DNA from: Rhodospirillales bacterium
GTDB lineage: Bacteria > Pseudomonadota > Alphaproteobacteria > UBA828
Direction: 5' to 3'
Assembly: GCA_028820995.1 (NCBI GenBank)
Contig: JAPPHR010000112.1
Coordinates: 1 to 41,883 of the forward strand
DNA length: 41,883 bases
Both the position numbers and the translations under genes were made by a program. The notes under the pieces are model-generated. The model was not told the DNA's origin. It did not search any database and was given only the letters and a program-made list of their open reading frames with translations. Below are positions 8,203 through 18,845 of the stretch, one piece after another. Position 1 is the first letter of the stretch; each line of letters opens with the position of its first letter.

Positions 8203-9570
8203 TCAGGCGCTGGCGAACGAGACGCCGGGGCGCCGCTCCAGCCGGCCCGCGTCCGCCGGGCTGAGCCCGACCCTGAGCCGGGCCTCGCCGTTGTCATCGG
8301 AACATTCCAGGACCTCGCCATGGCGGTAGAGCCAGGCCAGGGTCGCACCGTCGGCATAGGGCACCCGTACGTCGACGACTCGCCGCGACGCCGTCAGCCG
8401 AGCGTCGATCGCGCCGATCAGGTCCTCGATGCCGTCGCCGGTAAGCGCCGACGCAGCGAGCACGGTCGGCTGTCCGGCGGGCCATTTGCTCCCGTTGCCC
8501 CCTCCCCTTCCCTGCTCGGCAAGGCAGGCGCGCTGGCGCGGGTCGAGCAGGTCGAGCTTGTTGAGGACCTCGACGACACCGCTCTGAAGGCGATCTTCGA
8601 GGCCGAGCTCGGTCAGCACCCGCAGCACGTCGACACGCTGCTCCGCACTCTCCGCGTGGGCGCAGTCGCGCACGTGCACGACAAGGTCGGCCGCGATCAC
8701 TTCTTCCAGGGTGGCACGGAACGCCGCCACCAGGTCGTGCGGCAGGTCGGAGACGAAGCCGACCGTGTCCGACAGGATGATGCGCTGGCCCGACGGCAGG
8801 ACGACGCCCCGCATGGTCGGATCGAGGGTCGCGAAGAGCTGGTCGCGGGCGGCCGCGCAGGCCCCGGTCAGCCGGTTGAAGAGCGTCGTCTTGCCGGCGT
8901 TCGTGTATCCGACCAGGGCGATGACCGGAAAGGGAACCCGCTGGCGCGCCGCGCGATGCAGGCTGCGGGTGCGCTTGACGGCACCCAGCGCACGCTCGAG
9001 ACGGCCGATCCGGGTGCGAATCTGGCGCCGGTCGGCCTCGATCTGCGTCTCTCCCGGCCCGCCGACGAAGCCGAATCCGCCGCGCTGGCGCTCAAGATGC
9101 GTCCACGACCGGACCAGTCGGCTGCGCTGGTAGCGAAGGGCCGCGAGCTCGACCTGCAGCCGGCCTTCCTTCGTGCGTGCCCGCGCACCGAATATTTCCA
9201 GGATGAGCGCGGTTCGGTCGATGACCTTGCAGTCCCACGCGCGTTCGAGATTGCGCTGCTGAACCGGGGTGAGCGCCCCATCCACGATGACCAGTTCCAG
9301 AGCCTCCAAAGACGCTGTCTCCGCAACTGTCTCCACCCGCCCAGGGCCGAACAGGGTTGCGGGCCGCGGATTCGGCAGGGGCACGACTTCCGCAAGCACG
9401 ACATCGAGGTCGATCGCCCGGGCCAGGCTGACCGCTTCGGCAAGGCGCCTCTCCGGCTCGCGCGCCGGCTCGCACGCGTGCCGGGCCGCCGGCGGCTGCG
9501 CCAGGGCCGGATGCAGGACACAGGTGCGCGATGGCGAATCAGCGCCGCGTGGAACGCTCGCGCCCGCCAC
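8203..9570 (-). CDS. hflX: GTPase HflX
   Basis: QQRNLE, GPGETQIE.DRR, GYTNAGKT, LFATLDPT, DTVGF and NKLD motifs. Directly after hfq. Confidence 0.96.
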   Translation of the reverse strand: MAGASVPRGADSPSRTCVLHPALAQPPAARHACEPAREPERRLAEAVSLARAIDLDVVLAEVVPLPNPRPATLFGPGRVETVAETASLEALELVIVDGALTPVQQRNLERAWDCKVIDRTALILEIFGARARTKEGRLQVELAALRYQRSRLVRSWTHLERQRGGFGFVGGPGETQIEADRRQIRTRIGRLERALGAVKRTRSLHRAARQRVPFPVIALVGYTNAGKTTLFNRLTGACAAARDQLFATLDPTMRGVVLPSGQRIILSDTVGFVSDLPHDLVAAFRATLEEVIAADLVVHVRDCAHAESAEQRVDVLRVLTELGLEDRLQSGVVEVLNKLDLLDPRQRACLAEQGRGGGNGSKWPAGQPTVLAASALTGDGIEDLIGAIDARLTASRRVVDVRVPYADGATLAWLYRHGEVLECSDDNGEARLRVGLSPADAGRLERRPGVSFASA

Positions 9571-9831
9571 TTACGTCTCGTCCTCCTCTGCCGGTGCGCC
9601 GCCTTGGTCGAACAGCTGGACCGGCTGAACCGGCATGACCGTGGAGATCGCATGCTTGTACACAAGTTGCGAATGGTCATCGCGTTTGAGCAGGACGCAG
9701 AAGTTATCGAACCAGGTGATGATTCCCTGGAGCTTGACCCCGTTCACGAGAAAGATCGTGACCGGCATCTTCCCTTTGCGCACGTGATTGAGGAAGACGT
9801 CCTGGAGACTGTGGGATCCCTTGCCAGTCAT
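9571..9831 (-). CDS. hfq: RNA chaperone Hfq
   Basis: LQDVFLN...[10 protein letters not shown]...LVYKHAIST. Start set at ATG 9831. Confidence 0.97.
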   Translation of the reverse strand: MTGKGSHSLQDVFLNHVRKGKMPVTIFLVNGVKLQGIITWFDNFCVLLKRDDHSQLVYKHAISTVMPVQPVQLFDQGGAPAEEDET

Positions 9832-9909
9832 GCGTTCCTCTATCCTTGCCTGCCCCCGTCTTCCGGAGGCTGGGCGCCGGGCACACCCACACAAGCATAC
9901 CATTATGGA

Positions 9910-10566
9910 CTATATGGTGATGCCGTACCGCCGAAAAAATCCCTGCAATGCTGCGTGATCGGCGACCTGATGATCCGGTGTTCGCGGGCGGTCGCCGTCG
10001 CGGGGCGGGTCGGCGCCGACAATCACCGAAGCGCAGCCGGCATTTCGGGCGCAGGTGACGTCGATTCCTGTATCGCCGATATACCACACGTCCGGGCCTG
10101 CAGCGATTCCTGCTCCCTCCAGCGCCAGGGCCACGGCCTCGGGCGCAGGCTTGTCCACCGGTCCGTCGTCGGCGCCGACGATGCGTCCGAAATAGGCGCT
10201 CCAGCCCAGGTGGGCCGCTTCCTCCCGCACCAGATCGCCCTGCTTGCTGCTCACCACGCCGAGAGGCATTCCGTCACGATGGAGCGCAGCCAGTGTATCC
10301 GCAGCACCCTGGAGCGGGGTCAGCCGGCGCAGATGATGGGCCCGGTAATGCCGATAGAACATGTGTTCGGCGCGGGCGGCGTCGGCACCGAACAGGTCGG
10401 GAAACGAGTCCCGCATCGAACGCCGCACCCAGGCCTTGGTCTGCTCGAAGCTCCAGGGCTTGCGCCCCAGGTCCAGAAACGTCAGCCGCAGACTCTCGTG
10501 GATGATCTCCCAGCTCACGACCAGTGTGTTGTCCCAGTCGAACAGGACGGCGCGCGGCCTGATCAC
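9910..10566 (-). CDS. HAD-superfamily hydrolase (phosphoglycolate phosphatase-like)
   Basis: LFDWDNTL, VSSK, KPAP and YIGD motifs. GTG start at 10566 overlaps the dat stop (GTGA). Confidence 0.88.
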   Translation of the reverse strand: MIRPRAVLFDWDNTLVVSWEIIHESLRLTFLDLGRKPWSFEQTKAWVRRSMRDSFPDLFGADAARAEHMFYRHYRAHHLRRLTPLQGAADTLAALHRDGMPLGVVSSKQGDLVREEAAHLGWSAYFGRIVGADDGPVDKPAPEAVALALEGAGIAAGPDVWYIGDTGIDVTCARNAGCASVIVGADPPRDGDRPRTPDHQVADHAALQGFFRRYGITI

Positions 10567-11426
10567 CGGTTGGCGCGCCCACCGCGGCAATAGGAGAGAT
10601 AGAGATCACGCAGGCGCAAGGTTACAGGTCCCGGCTCCCCGCTGCCCACCTGGCGGCCATCGATGCGGACGATGGCGCGGACGAAGGACGTCGTGCTGGT
10701 GAGGAAGGCCTCCGGCGCCGCTTGCGCTTCGGCCAACGTGAACGCCCGCTCGACGACCTCGATCCCCGCCTCGCGGGCCAGCCGGATCACCGTCTGGCGC
10801 GTGATACCGCCGAGGATGTTCGATTCGAGATCGCGCGTCACGACGCGGCCGGCGCCGTCGACGATCCATGCGTTGGTGGACGAACCCTCGGTGACCCGTC
10901 CTTCCGGATCGACGAACCAGGCTTCGTAGGCGCCCTGCTCGCGGGCGTCCTGCTTGGCCAGCACGTTGGGAAGCAAGGAGACGGACTTGATGTCGCAGCG
11001 GCCCCAGCGCCCCTCCGGTATGGAGACGACTTCGCCCCCTCGGTCCTCAGCCGCATTCTCGGGCCAGCGGATAGAGCGCGCGGTAAGAACCACAGCACCT
11101 TCGGCGTCCTCCGGGAAGGGATGGTCCCGCGCCGCCGCGCCGCGCGTGACCTGCAGGTACACGATGCCGTCGCGGACCCGGTTGCGGCGCAGGACTTCGC
11201 GGGTCACGAGCCTGAGCGCGTTGCGCGGAAGCGGCATGTCCATCCTGAGCTCGCGGAGCGAACGCTCCAGGCGGTCCAGGTGCGGCTCCTCGTCGATTAC
11301 CCGACCGCCAAAGACGGCGGCGACTTCGTAGACCCCGTCCGAGAACTGGTATCCCCTGTCCTCGACATGGACGTGTGCAAGGTCGTGTCGCATATAGCAG
11401 CCGTTGACATAAGCGATGCGCGACAT
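10563..11426 (-). CDS. dat: D-amino-acid transaminase (class IV PLP aminotransferase)
   Basis: DRGYQFSDGVYE, LQVTRG, DIKS..LL.NVL, EGSSTN and LGGITR motifs. Confidence 0.92.
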   Translation of the reverse strand: MSRIAYVNGCYMRHDLAHVHVEDRGYQFSDGVYEVAAVFGGRVIDEEPHLDRLERSLRELRMDMPLPRNALRLVTREVLRRNRVRDGIVYLQVTRGAAARDHPFPEDAEGAVVLTARSIRWPENAAEDRGGEVVSIPEGRWGRCDIKSVSLLPNVLAKQDAREQGAYEAWFVDPEGRVTEGSSTNAWIVDGAGRVVTRDLESNILGGITRQTVIRLAREAGIEVVERAFTLAEAQAAPEAFLTSTTSFVRAIVRIDGRQVGSGEPGPVTLRLRDLYLSYCRGGRANR

Positions 11427-11438
11427 CCAGGCCTCCGG

Positions 11439-12815
11439 TCAGAAGAACTCCAGGCTCACGGCAAACATTTGTTCGATCTTCTTCACCGCACGCGCCATCG
11501 CCAGCATGACGACCCGGTCATGCTCCTGAATTACTGTTTGGGGGCGCGGAATAATGACTTCATCACCGCGTACGACTGCGCCGACGATGATCCCGGTGGG
11601 CAGCTTGGTTTCGGCGAGGGGCTGGCCGACGATGGGCGAGGTTCCGAGAGCCTCGGCCTCGATGACTTCGGCAGCACCGTCGCGGATCGAATGGACCGCG
11701 AGGATACGCCCGCGCCGGATGCGCTGGAGGATCGTCGAGACCGTCGACTCTCTCGGGCTCACGGCGACGTCGACGCCGAGGCTTCCCATCAGCGGCCCGT
11801 AGCTGGAATTGTTGACGAGCGAGATTGCGGTCCGGCAGCCCGCGCGCTTGGCCAGCAGTGCCGCTAGGATGTTCACCTCGTCGTCGTTGGAGACGGCGAT
11901 CACCGCTTGCGCAAGCCCGATGTTGATCTCGATGAAGATCTCCGGATCCAGTGCATCGCCGCCGATCACGGTGGAGCGGGTGAGCCGTTCGGCCAGAAAG
12001 CGCGCACGTTCAGGGCGCAGCTCGACCACCTTCACATCGAGCCCCGGATGGCTCTCCTCAAGCTCCTGTGTGAGGAAGTAGCCGATGTTGCCGCCACCGA
12101 TGATGACCACCCGGCGGGCCTCCGGCTCTTCGTGCCCGAAGACGGCCATGCCGCGCGCCACATGCTCGGAATCGACGGCGAAGTAGACCTCGTCGCCGAT
12201 CAGCATCTGATCGTCGCTGCGCGGCACGATCAGGCGCGAATCCCGGCTGATCGCAAGAACCATGATGTTGAGATCCGGAAAGAGTTCCGTGAGCTGGCGA
12301 AGCGGCGTGTTGATGATGGGGCAGCCTTCCTCGCAACGCACGGCGATCACCCGCAGGCGCCCGTCGCAGAAGGGCAGCATGTCGATAGTACCCGGCACCC
12401 GAAGACGGCGCTCGATGGCGCGGGCGACCTCGATCTCGGGCGAGATGATCAGGTCGATCGGCATGTTGTCGCGGTTGAACAGGTCCGCCCAGGCCGGGTT
12501 AAGATAGCTCTGATGGCGCACCCGCGCGATTTTTTCGGGCACGTCGAACAGCGAGTGCGCGACCTGACACGCCACCATGTTGACTTCGTCGGAGTGTGTC
12601 ACGGCGACGATCATTTCGGCGTTCTTGGCGTCCGCTTCCTCAAGCACGTCGGGCAGCGACGCGTTTCCGACGATCGCCCGCGCGTCCACCGAGTCAGCGA
12701 ACCGCTGCACGACCGCGCGATCGGTGTCGATGACGGTCACGTCGTTCGCCTCGTTCGCGAGCTGACGAGCGATGCTGGCGCCGACCTGTCCGGCTCCGCA
12801 AACAATGATCTTCAT
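11439..12815 (-). CDS. trkA: Trk potassium uptake protein TrkA
   Basis: MKIIVCGAGQVG and a second GGGNIG RCK domain, 458 aa, conserved position after ntrX. Confidence 0.95.
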   Translation of the reverse strand: MKIIVCGAGQVGASIARQLANEANDVTVIDTDRAVVQRFADSVDARAIVGNASLPDVLEEADAKNAEMIVAVTHSDEVNMVACQVAHSLFDVPEKIARVRHQSYLNPAWADLFNRDNMPIDLIISPEIEVARAIERRLRVPGTIDMLPFCDGRLRVIAVRCEEGCPIINTPLRQLTELFPDLNIMVLAISRDSRLIVPRSDDQMLIGDEVYFAVDSEHVARGMAVFGHEEPEARRVVIIGGGNIGYFLTQELEESHPGLDVKVVELRPERARFLAERLTRSTVIGGDALDPEIFIEINIGLAQAVIAVSNDDEVNILAALLAKRAGCRTAISLVNNSSYGPLMGSLGVDVAVSPRESTVSTILQRIRRGRILAVHSIRDGAAEVIEAEALGTSPIVGQPLAETKLPTGIIVGAVVRGDEVIIPRPQTVIQEHDRVVMLAMARAVKKIEQMFAVSLEFF

Positions 12816-14275
12816 GGGCCGTTCAGCTTGTCAGGACTACCTCCGCCGCCGTCGACCGCCGCGTCTCCGCCCGTGTTCTGCCCGTCGTGGTCGCGTTCGA
12901 GCATCCCGAGCGAGCGCAGTTTGCGATGGAGTGCCGAGCGCTCCATGCCAACGAACTGGGCGGTCTTCGAAATGTTGCCGCCAAATCGCGCGACTTGGGC
13001 GTTGAGATAATCCCGCTCGAACAGCCGGCGGGCTTCGCGCAACGGCATTGTCATTACGTCTACGAGTCCGGGAAGCGCCTGCGGCTGTCCCGGCGCTGAC
13101 CCCAGTGCCGCCTGGATCATGTCGGCGCCAATTCGGCGATTGGCGGATGCCGGCGTCATGATGAGGAGCCATTCCACGAAATTTCGAAGTTGGCGCACAT
13201 TGCCGGGCCAGTCGAAAGACTGCAGCATCGCCATCCCGTCGCCGCCGATTTCATGCGGAGGCAGTCCGGCGCTTTCAGCCGCTTGCTTAACGAAAAAGCT
13301 CGCCAACTCGGGGATATCTTCGCGCCGCTCTCGTAGCGCGGGCACTTCGATGGGTGTGACTTGCAACCGGTAATACAGGTCCTCTCGGAAGCGCCCCTGC
13401 TCTATCTCAGACTCCATATCGCGAGTCGTCGCCGCCATGACGCGGATATCGACCTCGATCTGCTGTGTTCCGCCTTCACGCTCGAAGGTGTGCGCTTGGA
13501 GCGCGCGCGCAATCTTGCCCTGGGTCTCGAACGGCATGTCGGCAATCTCGTCGAAGAAGAGCGTGCCGCCGTGGGCGCGCTCGAAGGTCCCGATCTTGCG
13601 CGAGTGTGTACCGCCTGGCCCATCCCCTTCGCTACCGAACAGTTCGAGCTCCACGTGATCGGGGCGCATCATCGCAGCGTTGGCGACGACGAAGGGTCCC
13701 GCAGAGCGCCGCGACTGGCTGTGGATAAGACGTGCGACAACCTCCTTTCCCGCCCCGGCCGGACCGGTGATAAAGACGCGCCTGTCGGTTGGGGCAGAAC
13801 GCTCGGCGGCCATGCGAATTTGCTTGATCGCCGGGGATTTTCCGATCAGCGCTGTTGCCTCGCCGGCTCGCAGCTTCAGTTCGGCTACCTCGCGCCTCAA
13901 CTCGGCGGCTTCAAGCGCACGTGTGACGGAGAGCAGCAGACGATCGCTGTCGAGCGGTTTTTCGATGAATTCGTAGGCACCCTTCTTAATGGCAGCGACG
14001 GCGGTGTCGATCGTTCCGTGACCGCTGATCATGATGATGGGAACCTCGGGGTGACGGTGCATTACGGCCTCGAGCACGTCCATGCCGTCGAAATCGCTTC
14101 CCTCCAGCCAAACGTCGAGGATGATGAGCGCTGGCGGGGGACCGGAGTCGATCGCTTGAATTGCGGTGGCGCCGTCTGCTGCGTCGCGCGGCGCATAACC
14201 GCCGTCTTCCAGAATTCCGGCGATCGTCTTACGGATCAGAGGTTCGTCGTCGACGATCAGGATATCGCGGGCCAT
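12812..14275 (-). CDS. ntrX: Response regulator NtrX
   Basis: REC domain (DD, LDVWL, SGHG), AAA+ domain (G.AGAGKE) lacking GAFTGA as is typical of NtrX, and Fis HTH (GMERSALHRKL). Confidence 0.93.
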   Translation of the reverse strand: MARDILIVDDEPLIRKTIAGILEDGGYAPRDAADGATAIQAIDSGPPPALIILDVWLEGSDFDGMDVLEAVMHRHPEVPIIMISGHGTIDTAVAAIKKGAYEFIEKPLDSDRLLLSVTRALEAAELRREVAELKLRAGEATALIGKSPAIKQIRMAAERSAPTDRRVFITGPAGAGKEVVARLIHSQSRRSAGPFVVANAAMMRPDHVELELFGSEGDGPGGTHSRKIGTFERAHGGTLFFDEIADMPFETQGKIARALQAHTFEREGGTQQIEVDIRVMAATTRDMESEIEQGRFREDLYYRLQVTPIEVPALRERREDIPELASFFVKQAAESAGLPPHEIGGDGMAMLQSFDWPGNVRQLRNFVEWLLIMTPASANRRIGADMIQAALGSAPGQPQALPGLVDVMTMPLREARRLFERDYLNAQVARFGGNISKTAQFVGMERSALHRKLRSLGMLERDHDGQNTGGDAAVDGGGGSPDKLNGP

Positions 14276-16539
14276 TAGCTCTCACCGTTTCCTGGCGTGG
14301 TGTGCTCCGTCCCTGGCGTAGCGAAGACCAGCGTAACGCGGGCCCCGCCTCCAGCCCCGTTCTCCAGGAGCAGGCGTCCTCCGTGATCCTCCATGATCCT
14401 TCGCACGATCGCGAGGCCGAGGCCTGTGCCGCCCGCTCGGTTCGTCACGTAGGGTTCCGTCAGCCTGCCGCGCAGCGTGTGGGGCAGGCCTGGGCCGTTG
14501 TCCTCGACCTCGATCCTCCACTGGCCCTCATCTTCAAGCACACGGATTTCGATTCGTCCTGCCGGCTCGGTGCCTGACGTGCGGCTCTCAATGGCTTCGA
14601 TGGCGTTCTTGAGCACGTTGGTGAGCGCCCGACCGACCTGTCGGGGGTCGCAGTCGAGATGAATGTCGTCGTCGGTACGCTTGATCTCGAAGGCGACTTC
14701 CGGGCTCGCCAGCCGGTGCAAGACAACTGCGCGTTCGACGACGTCGATTAGATCGACCCGCTCCAGGACAGGTGCCGGCATCCGGGCGAAAGAAGAGAAC
14801 TCATCGATCATCTGGCGAATGTCGCCCACCTGGCGGACGATGATATCTGTGCAGTCCTCAAACACGTCGGGCTGGGTACTGACTTCGCTGAGGTACTTGC
14901 GTTTGAGCCGCTGTGCGGAGAGCTGGATCGGGGTCAGCGGATTCTTGATTTCATGGGCTATGCGTTGTGCGACATCGGCCCAGGCGGCCCGCCGTTGGGC
15001 CGATAGCAGAGCAGTAATGTCGTCGAATGTTACGACGAAGCCGTCGATACGGTGATCTGCTCGTTCGGTCACGATGCGCACGAGCAGGGTTTGGCGATGC
15101 TCCCCGCGAACCAACTCGACCTGATCCTCCACCATAGGCTGCGATCGCGTTCGGGCTCGGGCCAGCAGATCGGCCATCTCGGGAATCGCTTCCTGCAGCG
15201 CATGACCCGTGAGGGCGCTCCTGCTCGCATCGAGCAGCGCAAGCGCAGAGGGATTGGGCAGCGTAATCCGCCCGTCTGCATCAAGTCCGATGACTCCGGC
15301 GGAGACGCCCCCCAGGACCGCCTCGGTGAAGCGTCGCCGCTCGTCGAGCTCAAGATTGGCATCCTGCAAGGCCTGCTGCTGGCTGTGAATCTGACCCGTC
15401 ATGCGGTTGAAGGCCCGGCTGAGCGAGCCGATCTCGTCATCCTGCGGAGGCTCCTCGACGCGTGCCGCGAGCTCGCCGGCGCGAACGCGGTCGGCGGCGG
15501 CGATGAGACCCCCGATCGGGTAGGCGATACGGTTGGCGAATTGAAGTCCGAGCCACACCGCCGAAAGCAGGACCAGGAGCGCGATCAAGATGAAGATGAT
15601 CACGAAGGTGATCTGGATGCCGTATCGCTCATCCTCAAGGCGCTGATAATCCCTGACGACCGCCTGAATTTGCCGCGTGTGGTCGACCACCTCGGGTTGA
15701 AGGGAACGCGCCACATAGAGATAGACGTCGACGAAGCCAACGAGCTTGACCAGTGCGCGCATGCGGTTGCCGTCGCCGGGCAGGACCACGAGTTTTCCAT
15801 CCTCCGCCGAGTTGATGGCCCAATCGGGCACGGGCTCGATCTCGGCGGCAAATCCCAGATCGTTGCGCGCGAGGATATCTCCGTTGCGCCGAAACATGAC
15901 CGCCTCGGTGAGAGAGAGTGCAGTGGAGGTTTGGTTCAGCAGTTGGGGCATGAGTTGCGGCCGCTGCACGAGATGAACAGCGTTTCGATTAAGCTCCATG
16001 GCCGCCGCAAGTGTACTGATACGAAGGTTGTTGCCTTGCTCTTGGACATACGTGTGGGCGACCACTTGCGAGCCGTCAATCGCGCTCGAAACTTTTTCGC
16101 TGAACCATGACTGCATCCCGAAATGAAGGAAGAGCGCCGAGAACACGGCAACCACGATAGTCGGGGTCAGGGCAACAAGACTGAAGAGCGTTGCCATCCG
16201 TATGTGCAGCCGCGCTCCGGCCGCGCCACGGCGGCGCTCGATCCAGAGTTTAACAAGTTGCGAAGCGACCAGCGCACCGAGCAAGAGCAGCAATACGAGA
16301 TCGACGTTGAGCAGGATCAGGATGGTCTGCGGATCGGGCGCAAATGGCGCCGAGCCGCTCATCGTGGCGTAGGTGATCGCGCCCGAGGCCAAAGCAGCAC
16401 AGGCAAGCCCGATGGCGATCCAGCGCGGCAGGTCGCGACGTCGCGACCACGATGCGAAGCGTTGGCGGAGGGTGCTGGCTGTCGAATCCGAAGCCGGCCT
16501 AACGGCGGTCTCGGCTCCGATTAGCGCTTCGTCGGCCAT
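14275..16539 (-). CDS. ntrY: Sensor histidine kinase NtrY
   Basis: Transmembrane segments, HAMP, PAS, AWADVAQRIAHEIKNPLTPIQLSA, DNGPG and GTGLGL motifs. Confidence 0.95.
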   Translation of the reverse strand: MADEALIGAETAVRPASDSTASTLRQRFASWSRRRDLPRWIAIGLACAALASGAITYATMSGSAPFAPDPQTILILLNVDLVLLLLLGALVASQLVKLWIERRRGAAGARLHIRMATLFSLVALTPTIVVAVFSALFLHFGMQSWFSEKVSSAIDGSQVVAHTYVQEQGNNLRISTLAAAMELNRNAVHLVQRPQLMPQLLNQTSTALSLTEAVMFRRNGDILARNDLGFAAEIEPVPDWAINSAEDGKLVVLPGDGNRMRALVKLVGFVDVYLYVARSLQPEVVDHTRQIQAVVRDYQRLEDERYGIQITFVIIFILIALLVLLSAVWLGLQFANRIAYPIGGLIAAADRVRAGELAARVEEPPQDDEIGSLSRAFNRMTGQIHSQQQALQDANLELDERRRFTEAVLGGVSAGVIGLDADGRITLPNPSALALLDASRSALTGHALQEAIPEMADLLARARTRSQPMVEDQVELVRGEHRQTLLVRIVTERADHRIDGFVVTFDDITALLSAQRRAAWADVAQRIAHEIKNPLTPIQLSAQRLKRKYLSEVSTQPDVFEDCTDIIVRQVGDIRQMIDEFSSFARMPAPVLERVDLIDVVERAVVLHRLASPEVAFEIKRTDDDIHLDCDPRQVGRALTNVLKNAIEAIESRTSGTEPAGRIEIRVLEDEGQWRIEVEDNGPGLPHTLRGRLTEPYVTNRAGGTGLGLAIVRRIMEDHGGRLLLENGAGGGARVTLVFATPGTEHTTPGNGES

Positions 16540-16582
16540 TGCTGTTTACCGCTCCGCCTGCGCGCCCCGAGCCAAAGCCGGC

Positions 16583-16942
16583 TCAGCTTGCCGCTTCGCC
16601 GCCGGTCGGGCCGTAGAACACGACCCAGACGTAGAGATCGTCGCTGAAGTCTTCGAAGGCGTGCGGGACACCGGCGGGTACGAACAGCACGTCGCCGGGC
16701 CGAAAATCGTGGCTCGCCGGGCCGTTACGAAAGGTTCCCCGGCCACTCATGACCACGTAGACCTCATCCTGATCGTGAGGCTGCCGAGTATCCGAACCGC
16801 GCGGCGCATAAGGGCCGACCCGGAGCGTTCCTCGCGCGATCAATTGTGCGAAGGGCCGGTCGCTCGGTCTGCGTTCGGCAAGGGCCGACACGGCTCGCGC
16901 CAGCGTGACGTGGCCGGGCACGTCGGCGGGCTTCTCACTCAT
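16583..16942 (-). CDS. Cupin domain protein
   Basis: QPHDQDEVYVV and GDVLFVPAGVPHAF cupin motifs. Confidence 0.85.
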   Translation of the reverse strand: MSEKPADVPGHVTLARAVSALAERRPSDRPFAQLIARGTLRVGPYAPRGSDTRQPHDQDEVYVVMSGRGTFRNGPASHDFRPGDVLFVPAGVPHAFEDFSDDLYVWVVFYGPTGGEAAS

Positions 16943-16987
16943 AGGGTCTCAATCCACTTCTCTCTAATTCCCGGGGCGGGCAGACGC

Positions 16988-17395
16988 TCAGCCGGAGTCG
17001 TCCCAAACCCATGCGATCTGCTCCGTGTCCTCATACGCTTGCCAGTGAGCGATCGCACCCTTGGAGACGCGGAAATACCAGGCCGTCTCCTGATGAAGCA
17101 GCCGACCCGTGTTCTTGGCGGCCGATGTCTCGTCGATGAGCACCATCACGTGCTCGCCCTCGCCGAACATCAAATTCACCGTGTGGTCGCGGATGTCGAG
17201 CAGCGCACCGATTGCATGGAAGCATTGCTTGATCGGCTCCCGTCCCTGCCAGCGGCCGGCCCAGGCTACCTTGAACGAGCCCGGCAGGACGACCACTGCA
17301 TCGTCGGCCAGCAAGCCCATCATTGTTTGACCGTCGCCGCCCTTGATGGCGGCCAGGAATTGCCGGACGACCTCCTTCGGTTCGCTCTCTGCCAT
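16988..17395 (-). CDS. SnoaL/NTF2-like (ketosteroid isomerase-like) protein
   Basis: EVVRQFLAA...LADDAV...WAG.WQG...GEGEHV...YEDT. Start ATG 17395 with SD GGAGGG. Confidence 0.8.
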   Translation of the reverse strand: MAESEPKEVVRQFLAAIKGGDGQTMMGLLADDAVVVLPGSFKVAWAGRWQGREPIKQCFHAIGALLDIRDHTVNLMFGEGEHVMVLIDETSAAKNTGRLLHQETAWYFRVSKGAIAHWQAYEDTEQIAWVWDDSG

Positions 17396-17447
17396 GGTTG
17401 CCTGCCCTCCTGCCGTGTATGCGAGTCCGAGACTCGCCTTGTCCGAT

Positions 17448-18845
17448 TCAGGCGTTCGCCGGCGCGCAAAGTAGCGCAATGAGCCGCTTGAGACCGCCCG
17501 CTTCTTCGAGAGACCATACCGCATCGACGAGATCGGCAACGTCCGGCGCGTCGTTCATGGCGGCCAAGAGGCCCCCGATCTTGTCGGCGATTGCGTCGGT
17601 CGTGAGTGGGCGCGCGGGAGACCCGCAGCTATCCAGCACCTCGGATCGGCGGCGCGTGCCGTCGGGCGCGGTGAGCTCGACCCAGCTGCCGAAACGAGCA
17701 GGGAAGACCGCCTGAATCGCATCGTCGGCTACAGCGTCGACCCGGTCCGCGACCGCGAGGATGCGTGGATCGGCGAGCCTCTCCTCCTCGTAGCCTTCGT
17801 AGCGACTCGGCCCGCAAACGATGCTCGCGCCCAGCGCATAAGGGAGGCTGTACTGGGCGGCCATGACCGATTGCGGCCGGCGCAGCATGTGTTGGCTCAC
17901 CAGGATGTCCGGCCCGCCGACCGTAATCTTCGAGATTGCCTCGTCCGGTATGGAGAATTCTTCCGTCACCTCGCGCAGCGCATCGATGGTCGAGTGGAAC
18001 AGGCGGCAACAGGGATAGGGCTTCAGGCTAATTCGGTGGATCTGGAACGGATCGCCCGCACGCCGCTCCAGGCGCTCGGGCTTCGGGTTGAGGCCGAACA
18101 GCGCGCAGAGGCCGTAGCGCCCATCAAGAGCCTGAGCCGGGCCGGCAATGCCGAGCCGGGCATGTTCGGCCGCCATCGTTCCGTGTTGCGCGCCGTAGCC
18201 CGCATGGAGTCGCTTGACCGTGGTGCCGCTCGCATCCTGCGAGAACTGCATGGAGCCCCCGGCAGCCGAGAGCACCAATCCCCACGACTGCGCCATTTCG
18301 GCCGCATCCAGCCCGTAGAGCTTGGCCGCCGCGGTTGCGGCCCCGAAGCCGCCGAAAAGCGCCGTCGGGTGGAAGCCCCGTTCGATCACGTCCGCCGCGC
18401 CCGCCGCCATGCCGGCCCGCGCCATGACTTCGTAGCCGGCGACGATCGTCGCGACCACCGCCTCGCCCGAGGCCCCGGCGGCGCGTCCGACGGCGAGGGC
18501 CGTGGCGATGACCGGCGCGCCCGGATGGCTCAGCGATTCGTCGTGGGTGTCGTCAAGCTCCATGCCGTGGGCGGCGGCAGCATTCACGAAGGCTGCGACA
18601 GAGGGCGCCGCATGCTCGTGTGAGCCGACGATAAGGCTTCCGTCGCCATTGCCGAGCGTCGCCCCCCAGTCGGCCAGCGCCCTGGACCAGGGCATGTCCG
18701 AGCCACGCCAAGCAACGCCGACGTGATCCAATAGCAGACGCTTGACCTGCTCCACGTCCTCCGGCGCAAGCGCCGCGTAGACGAGGCCGGACATCTCTTC
18801 CGCCAGAAGGCGTGTGCGGTCGCGATCGGCCGCCGCAGGCTCCAT
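17448..18845 (-). CDS. MmgE/PrpD family protein
   Basis: NAAAAHGMELDD, HPG, GFHPT and LKPYPCC motifs. Confidence 0.9.
   Translation of the reverse strand: MEPAAADRDRTRLLAEEMSGLVYAALAPEDVEQVKRLLLDHVGVAWRGSDMPWSRALADWGATLGNGDGSLIVGSHEHAAPSVAAFVNAAAAHGMELDDTHDESLSHPGAPVIATALAVGRAAGASGEAVVATIVAGYEVMARAGMAAGAADVIERGFHPTALFGGFGAATAAAKLYGLDAAEMAQSWGLVLSAAGGSMQFSQDASGTTVKRLHAGYGAQHGTMAAEHARLGIAGPAQALDGRYGLCALFGLNPKPERLERRAGDPFQIHRISLKPYPCCRLFHSTIDALREVTEEFSIPDEAISKITVGGPDILVSQHMLRRPQSVMAAQYSLPYALGASIVCGPSRYEGYEEERLADPRILAVADRVDAVADDAIQAVFPARFGSWVELTAPDGTRRRSEVLDSCGSPARPLTTDAIADKIGGLLAAMNDAPDVADLVDAVWSLEEAGGLKRLIALLCAPANA

Noticed and set aside
11400-16540. Apparently weaker GC3 bias in trkA-ntrX-ntrY as a sign of foreign origin
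   Set aside because: Impression only and not quantified. The genes are in conserved core order, and terminus-proximal AT drift would explain it.
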